Positions 61,086 to 64,000 of a stretch of DNA of 64,000 nt are shown here, in pieces. Origin of the DNA: the human T2T-CHM13v2.0 reference genome, Homo sapiens. The notes under the pieces are model-generated. The model ran no database searches and had not been told where the DNA came from. It saw only the letters and a program-made list of their open reading frames with translations. How positions within the stretch are numbered: the stretch's first letter is position 1; every line of letters starts with the position of its first letter. The stretch is taken from assembly GCF_009914755.1 (NCBI RefSeq), contig NC_060947.1. One strand, given 5' to 3'. Made by a program: the position numbers and the translations under genes.

Positions 61086-61612
61086 CAGGGGTCCCGAATC
61101 CCCAGGCAACAGATCTGTAGCGGTATCTGGCCTGTTAGGGACTGGGCTGCAGAGCAGGAGGTAGGCGGCAGGCAAAGAAGCAAAGCTTCATTTGTATTTA
61201 CAGCTACTCCCCATTACTGGACTTACTACTTGTACTCTGCCTGCTGTCAGATCAGTGGCAGCATTATATTCTCATAGGAGCATGAACCCTATTTTGAACT
61301 GCTCATGTGAGGGAGCTAGGTTGCACACTCCTTTGCCTGATGATCTGTCAGTGTCTCCCATCACCCCCAGGTGGGACCATGTAGTTGCAAGAAAACAAGC
61401 TCAGGGCTCTCACTTATTCTGTGTTATGGTGAGTTGTATAATTATTTCATTATTATTACAATGTAATAATAAAGAAATAAAGAGCACAATAAATGTAATT
61501 CACTTGAATCATCCTGAATCCCTCCCCACCCCTCACCCCCAGACCACCTGCCTGTGGAAAAATTGTCTTCCACAAAACCAGTCCCTGGGGCCAAAATGGT
61601 TGGGGACTACTG
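61086..61612 (+). mobile_element. MER1A (hAT-Charlie) element
   Basis: TIR caggggtccc ... ggggactactg, 527 bp, 8-bp TSD ttttagtg/ttctaggg. Confidence 0.9.
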
Positions 61613-63559
61613 TTCTAGGGGCTGAGAGATCTGTGTTGAATGAGTTATAAACTTCATTTAGATAGCAGATTTTGAGGATATATCCAAGACCTTCTGTTCT
61701 GCTTTCTGAGTGTTAAGCTAGGCTTAGTCTTATGTGTCCTAGGGCAACTTAGGTATCTCTGAATAAGGAACACTGCCTCATTCTCTTATGGCATTGATTT
61801 CTCTGGAGCTGGATAAGGGGAGATCCTAGAAACAGAAAATTTGGGGCCATTTGGGCAAATTATAAGACCTGAAGACACCTAAAGCCAGTCATATTTCACA
61901 GTGTTTTTCATTGTGGCTGAAGTTAAAGAACAGAAATGTTTTTGTCAACACCTACAACACCTAGTAAAAAGCCTCAAAAGTCATTGCAACATCAAGTACA
62001 CTATTCCCTAAGCTAACTCTTCTCTGAGATTTTTTCGCTATTTTTCTAGTTGAAGCATTCCTTTGGTGCTTCTTACATCCATATATGACAGCTCCAATAT
62101 TCATTGACTTTGTTTGTTCATTTTCTCAGTTTCTGCTTTAGTTTCTTATCGTGTGTACGTAATATATATGTATGTATATATACTTTGCCTTACATTAATT
62201 GTAAAGTCATAATTTTTTTGGTGGAGAAAAGGCTATATATTTATAAAGCATCTTCTTAATATATTAAAATTGTGATTATATCTTCTATACTACTTTGTAT
62301 CTTATATTACCTTTCCCATCAGAAAAATCCTCACCCAGTTTCTTTCTTTCTCCCCATTTTAGAGGAAACACTTATGTGTACTATTTTTCACTTCATCTTG
62401 AAAACAACACTGCCATTACTTTTATCACTTTTTTTCATTACTTTCTCAAACTCCTTAAACCAAGAGTCTTATTTTCCCTACTTAAGTCAGATTTTAAAGA
62501 TTTTAAAATACTCTGCAAAATTCTAAATTATGATGCAATTCAATTAATGTGATGTTTTAGAATACAGAGCTATTACATGTTTAAGCTCATTGTCTGTTTT
62601 CCTTAATTTTTGGCTTCCATGTTTTTTATCTTTACTTTAAAGATAGATTCCAATTTTCTAATACCCATACTTTTTATAACATCTTACAAAACTTTACAAT
62701 ATTTCTTTTAAAATTCAAGATTTCAGAAAAGGTTTAAGATACTTTCTTTTAACATTTTTGAGCAGAATGTATTTTGAATATTCTAAATTTCTAGGATTTG
62801 GTTTATAGGTTCCACTTTAATGCTGCTTTTTAAAATCAATAAATTGCAATGTCTTCAAAAGCATGCATAAGCGAAAAAAATCAGATTGTCCTTAGAATTA
62901 TATCTGTCTTTTCTTGTTCATAATTTTTATTTTTACACATTCAAAACTAAGACAACATGCTATTAATACCCCAGGATCTGGGAGAAATAACAAAAATATA
63001 GCCATGCAATATTTGATTATCTTGACTGCATTATCCCTAAGTTGTTTTTTGCTAACACCATAACCTCTAAATCTGGAAAGTTGTACAGGCACCCCAACTG
63101 GGCTGTTATTTACTGCCCTCTCTTACCTCTAAACTATTATAATAGCCACAATAAAATAGGCTTTGCTAGAACTAACACATATGCCAAAAGGGTTTGGGCT
63201 TATGAAATTCACATATTGTTCTCCATTTGCTCAATATAGGACTTTCAAATTGGGAGAACTAACATGTTTAATAGTTTTTCTGTTTCATATCACCACAGTA
63301 TATAAGAAAAATATTGGATGAACAAAATGCAATTTTATCATTTTAGAAGAAATTACACATTCAATAAATATGACTGGATAATTTCTGTGGCTTCAGGCAA
63401 AAAGTATGTACACAACATGAATCAAACTGACCAAAACTGAAGCAGAATTTGCCTTTCAACATTATTTGGTAAAGCAATGAAGAATCTACCTTTTAGTTGC
63501 ATTTGGTGGTTCAGCTTGGGGGCCAGGAAAATACTTGTTTGTAGCCTCTAATAATTTTT

Positions 63560-63822
63560 AAATTTTTTTATGTAATACCTGATTTGAACAAAATATATAT
63601 ACACTGTAAAGAATAATAATTTTACAAACACCTCCCAATCCACCAACCAATAAAACGACTAAGACATTACCAATATTGTTGCATCTATCTGTATGCTCTT
63701 TTCCTATTCCATTGTCTTGCATCTACCCTCCACATTCACTGCCAGGCTATAACCACTGCCATCAATCTTGCATTTATTATCTCTACCCTTTTAATACACT
63801 TTATTATACATGTATATGTCCC
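63560..63822 (-). mobile_element. L1ME 3' end
   Basis: taaagaataataat...acaaacacc...acattaccaata...taaccact. Confidence 0.6.
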
Positions 63823-63824
63823 AT

Positions 63825-64000
63825 TGTTGCTGGTGGGCCCATTCAGGTTCTTGACTTCACCACACAAAAAAACTTGAGAGCGAGTCTAAAGCAAAAGTAA
63901 ACAAGATACTTTATTGCAAAGCAAAAGTACACTCTGACAGCTGATCAGAGTAGTCTGCTCACAGGTGAAACAGCACCAACTGACACTGGAGAAACTGGCT
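63825..64000 (-). mobile_element. ERV1-class LTR, 3' end (continues beyond the window)
   Basis: tgttgctggtggg...caggttcttgac...tttattgcaaagcaaaagtacactc (AATAAA on minus); family not resolved. Confidence 0.65.

Noticed and set aside
61070-61093. caggggtc repeated 16 bp upstream of the MER1A TIR
   Set aside because: Only 8 bp; compatible with chance
61192-61650. 152-aa ORF
   Set aside because: Almost entirely within the non-coding MER1A element

Overview
Primate genomic DNA (AluY is present, so catarrhine/human-like). The window is AT-rich, CpG-depleted and dominated by interspersed repeats; by my manual annotation roughly half is L1. I found no credible host protein-coding exon, RNA gene, CpG island or CRISPR array. 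The long ORFs in the track are decayed L1 ORF1/ORF2 pieces, antisense Alu or LTR frames, or low-complexity reading frames. Main structures: two full-length minus-strand L1PA elements with TSDs (4885-12103, 24831-31695); an 11-kb plus-strand chimeric L1 with two ORF1s (41756-52945); a twin-primed inverted L1 fragment; 11 Alus; MaLR/ERVL LTRs (MLT1, MSTA/B, THE1, MLT2A2); an HML-5 LTR22; DNA-transposon fossils (Tigger13a, Tigger3a, MER1A, MER5); and MIR/L2 relics. I see no evidence for a new biological system. The best leads are a possible MLT2A2-driven spliced read-through transcript (33.7-34.9 kb), the chimeric L1, a templated inversion and an AT-only palindrome inside the first L1, an unassigned MITE-like hairpin at 1.4 kb, and a motif-dense unique segment at 38.2 kb. 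Subfamily names come from my recollection of consensus sequences and need RepeatMasker/Dfam confirmation.
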